64,000 bases of DNA from an uncultured Candidatus Saccharibacteria bacterium (GTDB lineage Bacteria > Patescibacteriota > WWE3 > 2-01-FULL-39-13), in assembly GCA_964370865.1 (NCBI GenBank), contig CAYJKF010000001.1, positions 35,703-99,702 of the forward strand. Direction: 5' to 3'. This document shows, piece by piece, positions 1 through 11,569 of this stretch; position 1 is the first letter of the stretch; every line of letters starts with the position of its first letter. The translations under genes and the position numbers were made by a program. Under the pieces are notes generated by a model. It searched no databases. It was not told the origin of the DNA and was given only the letters and a program-made list of their open reading frames with translations.

Positions 1-3000
1 GAACCAATTGTTAACTTAGAACCTGGTGCAACCAAGTCACCTTCGGCCACGATGACTTCATCCATAGCATCAAGTGTGTATGTTTCTACTAGTTTATCTT
101 TGCCGGTGGACTCAATGACTATAGTATTATTTCCGTCATCTTTCTCAAATCTTACTTTTCCTGAAAGGCTAGAGATAATTGCTTTTCTCTTTGGTTTTCT
201 AACCTCAAAAATTTCTTCGACTCTTGGTAAACCTTGAGTGATATTTTGAGCAGCAATTCCACCTTTATGGAAAACGTTCATCGTTAACTGTGTTCCAGGC
301 TCTCCGATGGATTGTGCAGCAATAATACCGACGGCAACTCCGTTTTTTACAACTTCGTTTTCGGATAAGTTTATTCCGTAACATTTTGCACAAACTCCAT
401 GGTAGGTATTACAGTGGAATGGAGATCTAATAGTGTATTCGGATACTTCTAAATCGTGAATTAAATCTGCCGCTTCTTTTGTAATTAGCTCGCCCTTCTT
501 TACTATCATTTTATTCCCAGCTTTTATGTCGTTAAGAGTATATCTTCCGATACCTCTTTTGTGCCATGGTGTTAATGGAGTGTCTTCACCCTTAACAATG
601 GTTCTACCTTGAGTAGCACCACAATCATCCTGTCTTACTAATACATCTTGCGCAACGTTAACTAACCTTCTTGTTAAGTAACCTGCGTCTGCCGTACCAA
701 GACCCTTATCCATGTAACTCTTTCTGGTTCCTCTACCGGTTAAGAAATAATCAAAACTTGAAAGACCATTTGAGTAATTCCCTAAAACAGGAATATTAAT
801 TATTTTTCCTTTTGGATCAGCAATCAAACCTTTAATAGCTGAGATTTGTCTCATCTGAACTGGTGAGGCTTTACCTGCCCCGGCAGATATAACAATACTA
901 ACTGGGTTCTCTTTATCCATATGACTTAAGATTGTATTATCAAAGTGATTAATAAATTCACCCCATACTTTTAGTGATAGAGATTCCATTTCTGTTTCAG
1001 TTATAAATCCCATGTGAAAATTTTGTTCAATTTGTGAGATTTCTGCATCAGTTTTTGCTCTGACTTCATCAATATCCGTTGGCCTTACGCAGTCAAAAAT
1101 TGATAATGAAATTCCAGATTTTGTGGAATATTTAAAACCCGCCATCTTCATATCATCGATAAGTTCGATAGTGGCTTCTATCCCTGATTTTTCCATAGTC
1201 TGTTTGATAAGATCTTTAACTTTGGATTTAGATAATGGGTAGTTAACAAAACCGATTTCTTTAGGAACTGATCGGTTAAATATAATTCTTCCGACGGTAG
1301 TTTCTATTAATTTTCCTTCTTTATCCATAACCTTTACTAACTGTCTTAGTTGAATAACATTTGATCCATAGGCACGATGCATTTCCTGGAAGTCAGAAAA
1401 TACTGTCTTTGGCATTGGAATTCTTTCATCAATACTTGTGAAGTAGTAAAGTCCTAAAACCATTTCATGAGATGGAATAGTAACAACAGATCCATCTGCT
1501 GGTTTTAATAAGTTATTAGTAGACAACATTAACTCAATTGCTTCTTCTACAGCTTCATCTGACAATGGTAAATGAACTGCCATTTGGTCTCCATCGAAGT
1601 CGGCATTGAATCCTGAACAAACAACTGGGTGCAATTGAATTGCTTTATTATCAGTTAATTTTGGATAGAAAGCCTGAATACTTAATCTATGTAAAGTAGG
1701 AGCTCTATTTAATAAGACTGGCCTCTTAGCTACTAAACCTTCTAATATGGAATAAACCTCTGGAGTCTTTTCCTCTAAGATATATTTTGCAGTCTTCATA
1801 TTTGGAGCTAGTCCCCTGGACATGATTTCTCTAATTAGGAATGGTCTAAATAGTTCCAATGCCATCTCTGTTGGAAGTCCGCACTCGTTCATTTTTAAAT
1901 GTGGTCCTGAGACAATAACAGCTCTTCCTGAGTAATCGACTCTTTTACCAAGAAGATTAGCTCTAAAGTGTCCTTGTTTTCCTTTTATTGCATCAGCAAT
2001 GGATCTATATGTCTTTCTATCTCTTGTTCTAGTTTTCCTAACCTTTGATGAATCAAATAATGCATCAACAGCCTCCTGTAACATTCTTTTTTCGTTTCTA
2101 ACGATAATATCTGGTGCACCTAATTCTAATAATCTTCGTAATCTATTATTTCTGTTAATTATTCTTCTGTATAAATCGTTTAAGTCGGATGTAGCAAATC
2201 TACCGCCTTCTAATTGAACCATTGGTCTTAAATCAGGAGGTATAACAGGAAGTGTATCCACAATCATTGATTTTGGATCGACTCCACCCTTCAAAAAGTT
2301 ATCTACTACTTTTAACCTTTTTCTAATTTTATCGGCTTTGGTAGACTTTGCGTCCTCTAAATCGGAATGCAATTCTTCACTTAATTTCTTTATATCTACA
2401 TTAGCTAAAATTTTCTGCATTGCTTCGGCTCCAATTGAAACTTCGCAGAATTCATCTAGATATTCTTCTAAGTGAATAACTTCCTTATCAGTCATAACTG
2501 TATATAGCTCAACTTCTTGTAATTTCTTTTCGATTTTTCGAACTTCTAATTCAGCTCTTTCTACAATACTCTGCTCTTGTGACAATAAATCTTCGGATTT
2601 TGATTTGGCTTTTGCTCTAATTTCTTCGGCTTTAGCCTTTAATTTTTCATCACGTTTGTTTTCTGATTGCTTAGATAACGACTTTATCTTATCTTCTGCC
2701 TCAGTTAATAGTGCCTTAGCATCGGCAGCTAGTTGAATCTTTGCTTCTTCTCTCGCTTTTATAATTCTGTCTGGAAATGATTTATTTAATTCTTTTTTAG
2801 CGTCAAAATCGATTTCGGTGACAATAAATGAAGAGAAATATATAACGAGTTCGAGACTTCTAGGTGGAAGACCTAATACAGCAGCCATTACAGATGGAAT
2901 ATTCTTGAAAAACCATACATGTGCAACTGGAGATGATAAATGGATGTGTCCCATTCTTTCTCTTCTTACCTTTGATGTAGTTACTTGAACTCCGCATCTG

Positions 3001-3236
3001 TCGCAAACAACACCTTTGAATCTTACTCTTTTATATTTACCACAGGCGCATTCGTAATCTTTAACAGGACCAAAAATTTTCTCGCAAAACAGACCATCTT
3101 TTTCAGGTTTGAATGTTCTGTAATTTATAGTTTCTGGTTTTGTAACCTCGCCATATGACCAATTCAAAATTTCATCTGAACTTGCGAGTGATATCTTTAG
3201 TGCATCTAAATTTCTAAGTCTGTTAAGATCTATCAT
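1..3236 (-). CDS. rpoC: DNA-directed RNA polymerase subunit beta' (partial; the C-terminal part runs off the window start)
   Basis: The minus-strand translation from the ATG at 3236 reads [71 protein letters not shown]..., with the zinc-binding CxC...CxxC motif typical of the RpoC N-terminus. It lies 13 nt downstream of the rpoB stop. Confidence 0.9.
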   Translation of the reverse strand, partial: MIDLNRLRNLDALKISLASSDEILNWSYGEVTKPETINYRTFKPEKDGLFCEKIFGPVKDYECACGKYKRVRFKGVVCDRCGVQVTTSKVRRERMGHIHLSSPVAHVWFFKNIPSVMAAVLGLPPRSLELVIYFSSFIVTEIDFDAKKELNKSFPDRIIKAREEAKIQLAADAKALLTEAEDKIKSLSKQSENKRDEKLKAKAEEIRAKAKSKSEDLLSQEQSIVERAELEVRKIEKKLQEVELYTVMTDKEVIHLEEYLDEFCEVSIGAEAMQKILANVDIKKLSEELHSDLEDAKSTKADKIRKRLKVVDNFLKGGVDPKSMIVDTLPVIPPDLRPMVQLEGGRFATSDLNDLYRRIINRNNRLRRLLELGAPDIIVRNEKRMLQEAVDALFDSSKVRKTRTRDRKTYRSIADAIKGKQGHFRANLLGKRVDYSGRAVIVSGPHLKMNECGLPTEMALELFRPFLIREIMSRGLAPNMKTAKYILEEKTPEVYSILEGLVAKRPVLLNRAPTLHRLSIQAFYPKLTDNKAIQLHPVVCSGFNADFDGDQMAVHLPLSDEAVEEAIELMLSTNNLLKPADGSVVTIPSHEMVLGLYYFTSIDERIPMPKTVFSDFQEMHRAYGSNVIQLRQLVKVMDKEGKLIETTVGRIIFNRSVPKEIGFVNYPLSKSKVKDLIKQTMEKSGIEATIELIDDMKMAGFKYSTKSGISLSIFDCVRPTDIDEVRAKTDAEISQIEQNFHMGFITETEMESLSLKVWGEFINHFDNTILSHMDKENPVSIVISAGAGKASPVQMRQISAIKGLIADPKGKIINIPVLGNYSNGLSSFDYFLTGRGTRKSYMDKGLGTADAGYLTRRLVNVAQDVLVRQDDCGATQGRTIVKGEDTPLTPWHKRGIGRYTLNDIKAGNKMIVKKGELITKEAADLIHDLEVSEYTIRSPFHCNTYHGVCAKCYGINLSENEVVKNGVAVGIIAAQSIGEPGTQLTMNVFHKGGIAAQNITQGLPRVEEIFEVRKPKRKAIISSLSGKVRFEKDDGNNTIVIESTGKDKLVETYTLDAMDEVIVAEGDLVAPGSKLTIG

Positions 3237-3249
3237 ATTTTGTAATAAA

Positions 3250-6200
3250 CTATATTTCTGTTGAAAGGTCTGACTCGATTACAGGTTCTTCTGCAGCGGC
3301 CACATCTGCGGCGATTCCACCATCATGATTGATAGGTGTAATAGCTAAACAAAGACCATTTAACTGTCTAACTAATAACTTAAATGATTCAGGTACTTGT
3401 GATTCTGGTATTGGTAATCCTTTAATAATAGATTGGAATGCCATATATCTACCTTTAATGTCGTCTGATTTAATAGTTAACATTTCGTGTAGCATACTAT
3501 CAGCTCCATATGCTTCTAGCGCCCAAACTTCCATTTCTCCAAATCTCTGACCACCGAATTGGGCCTTACCACCTAATGGCTGTTGAGTTATCAAGGAATA
3601 TGGACCAGTTGACCTAGCATGAATCTTCTCTTCGGCCATATGATGCAATTTGTAAATATAAATAGCCCCAACAGTAACTTCTTGATCAAAGTACTCTCCG
3701 GTTCGACCATCTATAAGTCTAGTCTTTCCCGATGCTGGTAACCCTGCATCGACTAATTCTTTTTGAATTGATTCGGTAGAAACCTTTTTAAATGGAGGAA
3801 TTGCATATTTCGTATTCTTAACTATTCCAGCCCAACCTAAATGAGCTTCTAGAACGTTACCAATATTCATTCTTCCTAAAATTGAAACAGGTGAGACAAC
3901 CACATCGACGGCTGTTCCATCTTCCATATGTGGCATATCTGCCTCAGGCATTATTCTTGCGATAACACCTTTCTGACCATGTCTATTTGATAATTTATCT
4001 CCTACGGAAATTCTTCTAAATTCAGCCACCTTAACATTTACTTCTCTAATTACACCCTTCGCCATTTGCTCTTTATCTTTTGGAGTAAGAATTTTCACAT
4101 CAATTACGACTCCACTTCTTCCATGTGGAACTCTAAGTGAGTTATCTTTTACATCCTGTACTCTTTCTCCAAATACTGCTCTTAATAATCTTTCTTCAGC
4201 TGATAATTCTGATTGACCTTTTGGAGCAATCTTACCAACTAAGATATCCTGAGATTTAACTTGTGATCCAATCACAACAATTCCATCAGATCCTAGATTT
4301 CTCAAAGAAGCCTCTGCAACGTTAGGAATATCAGCAGTCAACTCTTCTGGACCTAATTTTGTCTCCATTACTTGAACCGTATAGTCGGAAATATTTATAG
4401 AAGATAATAAGTCCTCTTTTAAAACTCTATCTGAAAGAATAAAAGCATCCTCAAAGTTAAAACCTTCATAACTCATTACCGCAACTTTTAGGTTTGTTCC
4501 AAGTGCTAATTCTCCGTCCTGCGAAGATGGACCCTCTGCTAATAAGTCGCCTTTTTTAACTTTATCTCCATTTTTAACAACGCATACCTGTGTATAACAG
4601 GAATCCATGTTTGATTGAGAGAATGTCACTAAATTATGTTCGAGTTTTAACCCGGATTTTGTTCCTCTTAATATAATTTTATTTGCATCTGCGTATTCAA
4701 TAACTCCATCTTCTTCAGCTCTCATAGTTAAACCAGCGTTATCAGCAATAAATTGCTCGTTTCCGGTACCAACTATTGGAGCTTGTGGTCTAGCTAAAGG
4801 AACTGCCTGAGATGACTGCTGTGCAGCAATCAAAGCTCTCGCAACGTCATTATTAGCGATAAAAGGAATCAATGCTGTTGAAACTCCTAATATCTGTTGA
4901 GACGAAACTTCGATGAAATGTGCATCCCTAGTATTTCCATTGAAAAACTTGATGCCTTTTCTCATTGGTGACTTTTCTGCTGCGATATATCCTTTGTCAT
5001 CGATATCGATATCTCCACCGATGATATTGTAATTTGGTTCATCATAAGCGGCTAAATATTCGAAGTCGTCTGTAACTCTTACTTTTCCATTCTTTTCTAC
5101 AGCGATTCTTGCATATGGAGTTTCTAAAAATCCATACTTATTTACACGTGCATATAATCCCATATATGTAACAAGCCCGATGTTTGGTCCTTCAGGACTT
5201 CTAATAACATCTATTTTTCCATAGTGAGTTGGATGAGCATCTCTAACATCGTAGCTTGCTCTCTCTCTGGTTAATCCACCTTTACCCATAACACTAAGTC
5301 TTCTCTTATGATCCAATGATTCTAGAGGATTAAATTCTCCTAGTAATTGTGATAATTGACCTGAAGATAAGTAAGAAATAATTCTTGCAGAAACAGGTTT
5401 TGGTGAAATCAATACAGATGGATCTGGAAGTTTTTCTCTAGGCTGTAATGCCATTTTTTCTCTAGCCAATCTTTCTAATTGATAAAAACCATATCTAATT
5501 TCTGATTGTAATAATTCCCCGACTGATCTGATTCTTCTATTTGCAAGGCTGTCTATATCATCCATTTCGTAACCTGGCTCTTGTCTGTACATATGAGCTA
5601 GATATTTAATTATTTCAATCAAGTCAGTCTTTTGTAATACCCAATATCTTTCTTCATTAGGAATGTCTCCACCTAATTTCATATTTAATTTAAATCTTCC
5701 GACATCGCCTAGGTTATATCTCTTTATATTGAAGAATAAATTATCTACCAAAGCCTTAGCAGCATCTATTATTAGTGGCTCTCCTGGCCTTACTCTTTTA
5801 TAGATTTCTAAAACCGCTTCATTATAATTTGAACTTGGATCTTTTTCTAAAGTCTTACCAATAACAGCATCTAGTAACTCCCTTGGAAGATCCTTAAATG
5901 CATTCATTATTTCTTCATTTGTTTCTAATCCGAAAATTCTAAGTAAAGTGGTTACCGGTACTTTTCTCTTTCGATCGATTCTTACGCTGATAACTCCCAA
6001 TTTATTAAATTCGAAGTCAATCCATGAACCTGTTTTTGGAAGTATCTTTGCGGTTGGTAAAAATTTTCCTGTTGCAGGGTCAGTGTCACCGCCAAAAAAT
6101 ACACCTTGAGATCTCGCCAACTGGTTTATAACTACTTTTGACACACCATTTACTAAAAAGGTTCCTTCATCCGTCATAATTGGGATATCTCCCATATATA

Positions 6201-6501
6201 TATCTTTAATTTTCTCTTGTTTTGTATTTAATTTGGAAATTTTGGCAGTCATATACCAAGGAGCATCAAAGGTTAATCCTTTTGATTTGGCATCTTCAAC
6301 TGTTCTGTTTGGTTTATCGATACGTGGATTTGAAAATTCTAGCACCCATCCTCTACCTGTTCCATCATGTATCTGGGCTACTTCAGTTAAGGTTTCTTCT
6401 AGACCTTTGTCTAACAACCATTTAAATGAGTCTTTTTGTATTTCAATTGGGTTTGGCAGGGGGAAATCGGTGTTGTGTTTAGAAAAATGTACTCGCATCA
6501 A
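3250..6501 (-). CDS. rpoB: DNA-directed RNA polymerase subunit beta
   Basis: The 1083-aa ORF carries conserved RpoB blocks (e.g. [20 protein letters not shown]-like [14 protein letters not shown]). It sits in the canonical position immediately upstream of rpoC. Confidence 0.95.
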   Translation of the reverse strand: MMRVHFSKHNTDFPLPNPIEIQKDSFKWLLDKGLEETLTEVAQIHDGTGRGWVLEFSNPRIDKPNRTVEDAKSKGLTFDAPWYMTAKISKLNTKQEKIKDIYMGDIPIMTDEGTFLVNGVSKVVINQLARSQGVFFGGDTDPATGKFLPTAKILPKTGSWIDFEFNKLGVISVRIDRKRKVPVTTLLRIFGLETNEEIMNAFKDLPRELLDAVIGKTLEKDPSSNYNEAVLEIYKRVRPGEPLIIDAAKALVDNLFFNIKRYNLGDVGRFKLNMKLGGDIPNEERYWVLQKTDLIEIIKYLAHMYRQEPGYEMDDIDSLANRRIRSVGELLQSEIRYGFYQLERLAREKMALQPREKLPDPSVLISPKPVSARIISYLSSGQLSQLLGEFNPLESLDHKRRLSVMGKGGLTRERASYDVRDAHPTHYGKIDVIRSPEGPNIGLVTYMGLYARVNKYGFLETPYARIAVEKNGKVRVTDDFEYLAAYDEPNYNIIGGDIDIDDKGYIAAEKSPMRKGIKFFNGNTRDAHFIEVSSQQILGVSTALIPFIANNDVARALIAAQQSSQAVPLARPQAPIVGTGNEQFIADNAGLTMRAEEDGVIEYADANKIILRGTKSGLKLEHNLVTFSQSNMDSCYTQVCVVKNGDKVKKGDLLAEGPSSQDGELALGTNLKVAVMSYEGFNFEDAFILSDRVLKEDLLSSINISDYTVQVMETKLGPEELTADIPNVAEASLRNLGSDGIVVIGSQVKSQDILVGKIAPKGQSELSAEERLLRAVFGERVQDVKDNSLRVPHGRSGVVIDVKILTPKDKEQMAKGVIREVNVKVAEFRRISVGDKLSNRHGQKGVIARIMPEADMPHMEDGTAVDVVVSPVSILGRMNIGNVLEAHLGWAGIVKNTKYAIPPFKKVSTESIQKELVDAGLPASGKTRLIDGRTGEYFDQEVTVGAIYIYKLHHMAEEKIHARSTGPYSLITQQPLGGKAQFGGQRFGEMEVWALEAYGADSMLHEMLTIKSDDIKGRYMAFQSIIKGLPIPESQVPESFKLLVRQLNGLCLAITPINHDGGIAADVAAAEEPVIESDLSTEI

Positions 6502-6588
6502 TAGTATTTATTAATATATACAAGACTTTCGTAAGGATTGCAGGACTTACTCACGTTAACGGTTAAAAATTTAATTCGCGCGAATGAA

Positions 6589-6617
6589 AATATAACAAAA
6601 CATTACAAGGGTGTCAA
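6589..6617 (-). promoter_or_regulatory. Candidate sigma70-type promoter for rpoB (TTGACA-N17-TATATT), about 80 nt upstream of the rpoB start
   Basis: The reverse complement of 6589-6617 reads TTGACAcccttgtaatgttttgtTATATT. Confidence 0.5.
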
Positions 6618-6681
6618 CAAACACTTACTAGTTTTCTTCTGTAGAATCAATTATCTCACTATATATGGCCATGTAAAGCCC

Positions 6682-7773
6682 CTATAATAACGCAATTGCA
6701 ATACCCAATATGCCAGAAACAACGTTAAAAAGCCAAAATCTGGTAGTTACCTTGGTTTCAGGCCATCCGAGTTTCTCGAAATGATGATGAATAGGGGCAA
6801 CCAAGAAAATCCTAGTACCCCTTGTTTTAACCGACCAAACTTGCAGCAAACTAGATAATATCTCGATAATATAAATCAAACCAACAAGCAGAAGTATTGA
6901 TTCTCGGTTTATAAGGAAAGCGATAACAACCAAAAACATGCCGAGTGGCAAAGTGCCAACATCAGACATTTCCATTCTTGCTGGATATATATTGAAATAG
7001 AGAAATGCCATCTCAGCGCCAGTAATGATGAAACTCAAAATTGCGACATCCGCATATCCTAAAGCAAGAGCAATTATTCCCAAGAAAGCAAAGCTGACCG
7101 TATGAGTCCCTGCCGATAAGCCATCCATTCCGTCAGTAACACCAAAGGCGTTGGCAAAGAATAACAAAGTAATAAATAGGATTAAATAATATAAAGATCC
7201 AAGGTCAAGATATGTGCTTGGCAAAAGATATAACTGGGTATTTTCACTTAGATAGTAAAAAAACATTACGATAACACTCGAGACCCCCATATGCATTAGT
7301 AGCTTATAATGACTCTTTAAACCTCGTTGTTGGCTTCCCATGGCACGCAAGTTCTCCTCAAAAAATTTCCACGGCGTCAGTAAGATGTTTTTAGCCACAA
7401 GCGCAGCTCCTCTGAAGGTAAAAAAACTTTCACCTTTACTTATACGAAGTGCCTTAATTGTGCGACCCAGCGTATTTGTATATTCGTCAATAGCACCGAC
7501 TGTTCCACCTAATACAGACACTAAAATAATTAACCAGTAGTATTCCCATTCCCAAAGAAAAAAAGTAGAAAGAATAATCAAAGAGATAAGTATCAACCCT
7601 CCACCCATAATTGGAGTTCCCAATTTAATTTGACGTCCTGGTAAAACTGAATCTAAATCGCTTTTTGAGATTCTACGGATATTGTATTTATATAGTAATT
7701 TAATATAAGGAAGCGCAATTAAGCAGGTTAAAACCAATGAAGCGAGTAGAATAAACAAAAAACCTGAAATCAT
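6682..7773 (-). CDS. mraY: Phospho-N-acetylmuramoyl-pentapeptide transferase
   Basis: A polytopic membrane protein with MraY motifs NAFGVTDGMDGL and APIHHHFE. Confidence 0.85.
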   Translation of the reverse strand: MISGFLFILLASLVLTCLIALPYIKLLYKYNIRRISKSDLDSVLPGRQIKLGTPIMGGGLILISLIILSTFFLWEWEYYWLIILVSVLGGTVGAIDEYTNTLGRTIKALRISKGESFFTFRGAALVAKNILLTPWKFFEENLRAMGSQQRGLKSHYKLLMHMGVSSVIVMFFYYLSENTQLYLLPSTYLDLGSLYYLILFITLLFFANAFGVTDGMDGLSAGTHTVSFAFLGIIALALGYADVAILSFIITGAEMAFLYFNIYPARMEMSDVGTLPLGMFLVVIAFLINRESILLLVGLIYIIEILSSLLQVWSVKTRGTRIFLVAPIHHHFEKLGWPETKVTTRFWLFNVVSGILGIAIALL

Positions 7774-7837
7774 ATGAATTTATTATATTACGTTTGACTA
7801 TGTAATAAAACGCGCAGATTCAAGAATTATCACACTA

Positions 7838-8575
7838 TTAGTTTGCCTGTACGCCATTAACTTTCTTATACCAGTAGTTGCCAGCTTTCAGTAAACCATC
7901 AAAGGTTCCAGTATCTTGCCAATATCCCTCCAAAATCTTCACTCTTAATTTATCTTGGGAAAGATATATTTTGTCGACATCTACGGTGTAATATTCCCCG
8001 TTCAATCCGGGATTTATTTTTTCGATATATTCGAATAAATGTTTATCGTAAATAGCCATACCCGTAGTCGCTAGGTTACTTTTTGGATTTTCTGGTTTTT
8101 CCTCAATTGATAAAACCTCCCCCTCCTCACCTAACTCCACAACTCCGAATCTCCTTGCATCTATAACAGGATAAGCGAAAACCAAAGCGCCTTCCTCAAA
8201 ATTTCTTACATCCTCTGATATATCCACATCGAAATTACCATCGGCAAATGCGACTAAAACATTATCACCTTTCACAAATTCCTTGCCATAATAGATTGCG
8301 CTCGCAGGACCTTTTTTTACTGGAGTATCATTCTCGTAGTGCAGTTTTAATCTAAAGTCCATGCCACTGCCAAGAATATACTTCAAATCATCCATATAAT
8401 TATTTTCAGCAATTACGCAAACCTCAGTAATTCCTGACGCTCTCATTAATTCTAGGGAATAGTAAATACTGGGCTTATTGTATACAGGCAACATACTCTT
8501 GTTAACTAAGAGAGATGTTGGACGTAATCTAGCGCCGGTTCCCCCGGCAAGAAGTATACCTTTCATGGTGTACAT
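7838..8575 (-). CDS. Sugar-phosphate nucleotidyltransferase (glucose-1-phosphate thymidylyl/uridylyltransferase-like)
   Basis: The N-terminal motif GILLAGGTGARLRPTS is the nucleotide-binding signature of the NTP-transferase family. Confidence 0.7.
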   Translation of the reverse strand: MYTMKGILLAGGTGARLRPTSLLVNKSMLPVYNKPSIYYSLELMRASGITEVCVIAENNYMDDLKYILGSGMDFRLKLHYENDTPVKKGPASAIYYGKEFVKGDNVLVAFADGNFDVDISEDVRNFEEGALVFAYPVIDARRFGVVELGEEGEVLSIEEKPENPKSNLATTGMAIYDKHLFEYIEKINPGLNGEYYTVDVDKIYLSQDKLRVKILEGYWQDTGTFDGLLKAGNYWYKKVNGVQAN

Positions 8576-8610
8576 TATTATATCTCTATTCCAGTATTAG
8601 AAAAGCAGTA

Positions 8611-9504
8611 CTATAACTTCGTCTTTCGCTTAAAAACGGATAAAACATATAGTAAGGGAGATGCAACAAATGGGGATGAGTAAGTTCCAAGAATGGTTCC
8701 AATCAAAAGAGCTACGACAAACCATTTTATAGTTATTCCACCAAATAGGAACAAACAAGTTAACATAAAAATTATAGTAAGTGAGTTATTCAATGACCTT
8801 GGTAATGTCGTTAGAATTGACGTATCAATAATATTTTCTAGAGATTGACCAGTATTCTTACGAAGATTTTCGCGGATTCTATCAAAAACTACGATAGTAT
8901 CATGAACGCTAAAGCTCAAAGTGGTAAGAACAGCTGTAACAAATAAGGTATCTACCTCAACACCTAAAAATTTGCCAAAAATTGCGAAAAATCCTAGCAA
9001 AATTACAGTATCATGAATAACTGCCAAGATTGCAGCAATTCCATATTTTTTATCTTTAAACTGATAAGCAACATAACCCATTATTAGAAGACTTGCGATC
9101 AGTACAGCAATACCAGTTTTAATCAAAAGTTCCTTACCTAAAACAGCGCCGACTGATTCAAATCTTAATTCTTCAAGATTACTACCAATCTTTTCTTCGA
9201 GTTTTGCTTTTAGCTCAGCCTTTTTCGCTTCGTTAATTGAATTCGTCCTTAAAATGTAGGACGAGGTTTCTTGCGAGTACTGTATCGTATATACGCTTAA
9301 ATCAGGAACTTCAGATGCATATTGCTCAATTGTTTCTGAGCCAATTTCTTGTGTTTGGTCTTGGACTCTAATTTCATAAATCGCTCCACCCACAAAATCA
9401 ATTGAAGGTCTTAATCCCCAAACTATTAAGGATATTAGCGAAATCAAAAGGAGTGACCCAGATATTGCGAAATAAATTGTTCGATAATTTATAAATTTAA
9501 TCAT
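8611..9504 (-). CDS. secF: Protein translocase subunit SecF
   Basis: A SecF-like 6-TM protein lying downstream of secD. The ORF in the track extends to 9585, but the ATG at 9504 (MIKFINYRTIYF...) lies 5 nt after the secD stop and is the more plausible start. Confidence 0.8.
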   Translation of the reverse strand: MIKFINYRTIYFAISGSLLLISLISLIVWGLRPSIDFVGGAIYEIRVQDQTQEIGSETIEQYASEVPDLSVYTIQYSQETSSYILRTNSINEAKKAELKAKLEEKIGSNLEELRFESVGAVLGKELLIKTGIAVLIASLLIMGYVAYQFKDKKYGIAAILAVIHDTVILLGFFAIFGKFLGVEVDTLFVTAVLTTLSFSVHDTIVVFDRIRENLRKNTGQSLENIIDTSILTTLPRSLNNSLTIIFMLTCLFLFGGITIKWFVVALLIGTILGTYSSPFVASPLLYVLSVFKRKTKL

Positions 9505-10921
9505 TTTGTATTTTCGGATGATAGAAAACTCTAACCAAATTTCTAGTAATAAAAACTCCGGTAAATAAGCTAATGATAATTCCAAGTGAAAGGGTTAAAG
9601 CAAATCCGCGAACCAGGCCTGAAGTTGGTAAAAATCCCCAATCAAATGGATTGAATAAAATAAATGCAGTTAACAATGTAGCGACGTTTGCATCCCTTAT
9701 TGAATCCCAGGATCTTCCAAATCCATTTTCAAGAGCAATTGAAAGAGGTTTTTTCATACGCAATTCTTCTTTAATTCTTTCGAAAATTAAAATATTAGCA
9801 TCAACGGCCATTCCAATTGAAAGTATAAATCCAGCAACTCCTGGCAAAGTTAAAACGACAGGTATTAAACGGTACAGAGCTAGAGTAATCAAACTGTAAA
9901 TAACAAGTGCAATACTCGCGAAAAATCCTAAACGTCCATAATAAATAATCATAAAAGCAACGACTAAAATAAGTCCTAAAAGTCCGCCAATAATACTTTT
10001 ATTAACTGACTCTTGTCCTAATGAAGGCCCTACTGTTCGCTGTTCTAAAATACTTACAGGTACAGGTAAAGCTCCCGCGTTTAACTGCGTAGTAATGAAC
10101 TTTGCTTCTTCTGGAGTGAACTGCCCAGTTACAACAGCAACACCATCTGTAATAACGGATTGCACAACTGGTGACATCAAAACTCTATCATCCAAATAAA
10201 TTGCGACAGGCTGGTTTAAATTTTTTTGAGTGATCTCTCTAAATTTTTTAGTACCTTCGGCATTAAATGTTAGTTGAATTTGAGGAGTACCAGAGGTTAA
10301 TGTGCCACTTTGATCGGTGACCACTAACGCTTTTCTTAAATCAGCGCCAGTAAGTCCAGTTGAAACAAATTGGTCTTCTAATGCAACCTCGATTGGGTCT
10401 GGTTCCTCGCTTCCCTCTGCTTTTACTTCTAAAGGTTTGATTTCTCGAAAATCTAGCAATGCAGTTTGACCAATTACTTCTAGTGCTTCTCCCGGGTCAT
10501 CGACTCCAGCAAGTTCGACAATAACTCTATAAGTATCACCCTGCTTTGAAGTTTGAACAGTCGCCTCTGATAATCCTAATAGATTCACACGCCTTTCGAT
10601 TATATTTTTAAGTGAGTCGAGAGCATCGTTTCGATCAGGTTCTACAATCTTACTCATATCGGCTTGTAGTAATACACTTACACCGCCTTCTATATCCAGT
10701 CCTTTTTTAATTTCTAAATCACGTTGAATTGCCCCACCAAAAAGAGAAAAATTATATCCACCAATTTCTGTATCAACATCCAATCTCTTACCATCCATAA
10801 AAGGAATTTCAAATCCGAATTTAACCGGAGTACGAGGCAAATTTATTAGTATCGTATAAAACGTAATTAGTGCAATTACAAATAAAATAAATTTAGGTTT
10901 TTTAATAGTTTTCCAATACAT
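9497..10921 (-). CDS. secD: Protein translocase subunit SecD
   Basis: A 474-aa protein with an N-terminal TM segment, a periplasmic domain and a C-terminal 6-TM SecD/SecF/RND-type domain, immediately upstream of secF. Confidence 0.85.
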   Translation of the reverse strand: MYWKTIKKPKFILFVIALITFYTILINLPRTPVKFGFEIPFMDGKRLDVDTEIGGYNFSLFGGAIQRDLEIKKGLDIEGGVSVLLQADMSKIVEPDRNDALDSLKNIIERRVNLLGLSEATVQTSKQGDTYRVIVELAGVDDPGEALEVIGQTALLDFREIKPLEVKAEGSEEPDPIEVALEDQFVSTGLTGADLRKALVVTDQSGTLTSGTPQIQLTFNAEGTKKFREITQKNLNQPVAIYLDDRVLMSPVVQSVITDGVAVVTGQFTPEEAKFITTQLNAGALPVPVSILEQRTVGPSLGQESVNKSIIGGLLGLILVVAFMIIYYGRLGFFASIALVIYSLITLALYRLIPVVLTLPGVAGFILSIGMAVDANILIFERIKEELRMKKPLSIALENGFGRSWDSIRDANVATLLTAFILFNPFDWGFLPTSGLVRGFALTLSLGIIISLFTGVFITRNLVRVFYHPKIQND

Positions 10922-10926
10922 ATGTA

Positions 10927-11508
10927 TTATTGAGCAAGATATTTGTTGGCAGATCCAAGTAACAGGATATTCGGAGAAATCAAAAATGACAATAAGAAAT
11001 TTTCTCGTCTAGCTATGGTGTTTGTAAATTCGTCATCTTTTAAGACAGTGTAGTTAATATCTCTACCAATTTTTCGCGTCGCATCTTTAACAATATCTTC
11101 TAGCATTGCTAAATTTATGTCACCAACTAATAATAAATCCAATTGATCTGGTCTTGATATTCTTCCTTCAAAAAATTCGGCAGACATAAGAGCTAATCTA
11201 ACTTTTCCTAAATGTGGTTCGTTTTGAATTAATGAATTACCTAAGTGGATTTCTTTGGCAACCATTGATAATAATTCGTAATAATATGGGTGCTCTCTTT
11301 TTACTAAATAGTAAAGCCTATTCCCTCTTTGTTCTTTTTTTACTATTCCTGCTTTTGTTAATCTTTTGAGTTCCCGACGTATAGCGTTAACCTCGGTACC
11401 CACTCTTCTAGTGAGCTCTCTAACATATAAATTGTTGTTCACTTCAGAAAAAAGCTCGATTATAAGTTTGACTCTTACTTCCGAAGTTATTAGATCCTCT
11501 AGAAACAT
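10927..11508 (-). CDS. Winged-helix DNA-binding transcriptional regulator (ArsR/MarR-like wHTH with a C-terminal domain)
   Basis: An HTH-like segment (LYVRELTRRVGTEVNAIRRELKRLTKAGIVKK). There are no catalytic motifs. Confidence 0.45.
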   Translation of the reverse strand: MFLEDLITSEVRVKLIIELFSEVNNNLYVRELTRRVGTEVNAIRRELKRLTKAGIVKKEQRGNRLYYLVKREHPYYYELLSMVAKEIHLGNSLIQNEPHLGKVRLALMSAEFFEGRISRPDQLDLLLVGDINLAMLEDIVKDATRKIGRDINYTVLKDDEFTNTIARRENFLLSFLISPNILLLGSANKYLAQ

Positions 11509-11569
11509 ATTTATATTATACCCAAAATTTACTCGTTTTTTAATATTTTATTTTTGAGAGTGTAAACTC

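Noticed and set aside
3329-3550. Small plus-strand ORFs inside rpoB, secD, alaS, lepA etc. (e.g. 3329-3550, 9573-9899, 38421-38660, 48462-48680)
   Set aside because: They lie antisense within well-supported conserved genes, have no ribosome-binding site and carry low-complexity translations.
8611-9585. The 27-aa N-terminal extension of SecF that overlaps secD by 89 nt
   Set aside because: An ATG 5 nt after the secD stop gives a canonical SecF N-terminus. The long overlap is unlikely.
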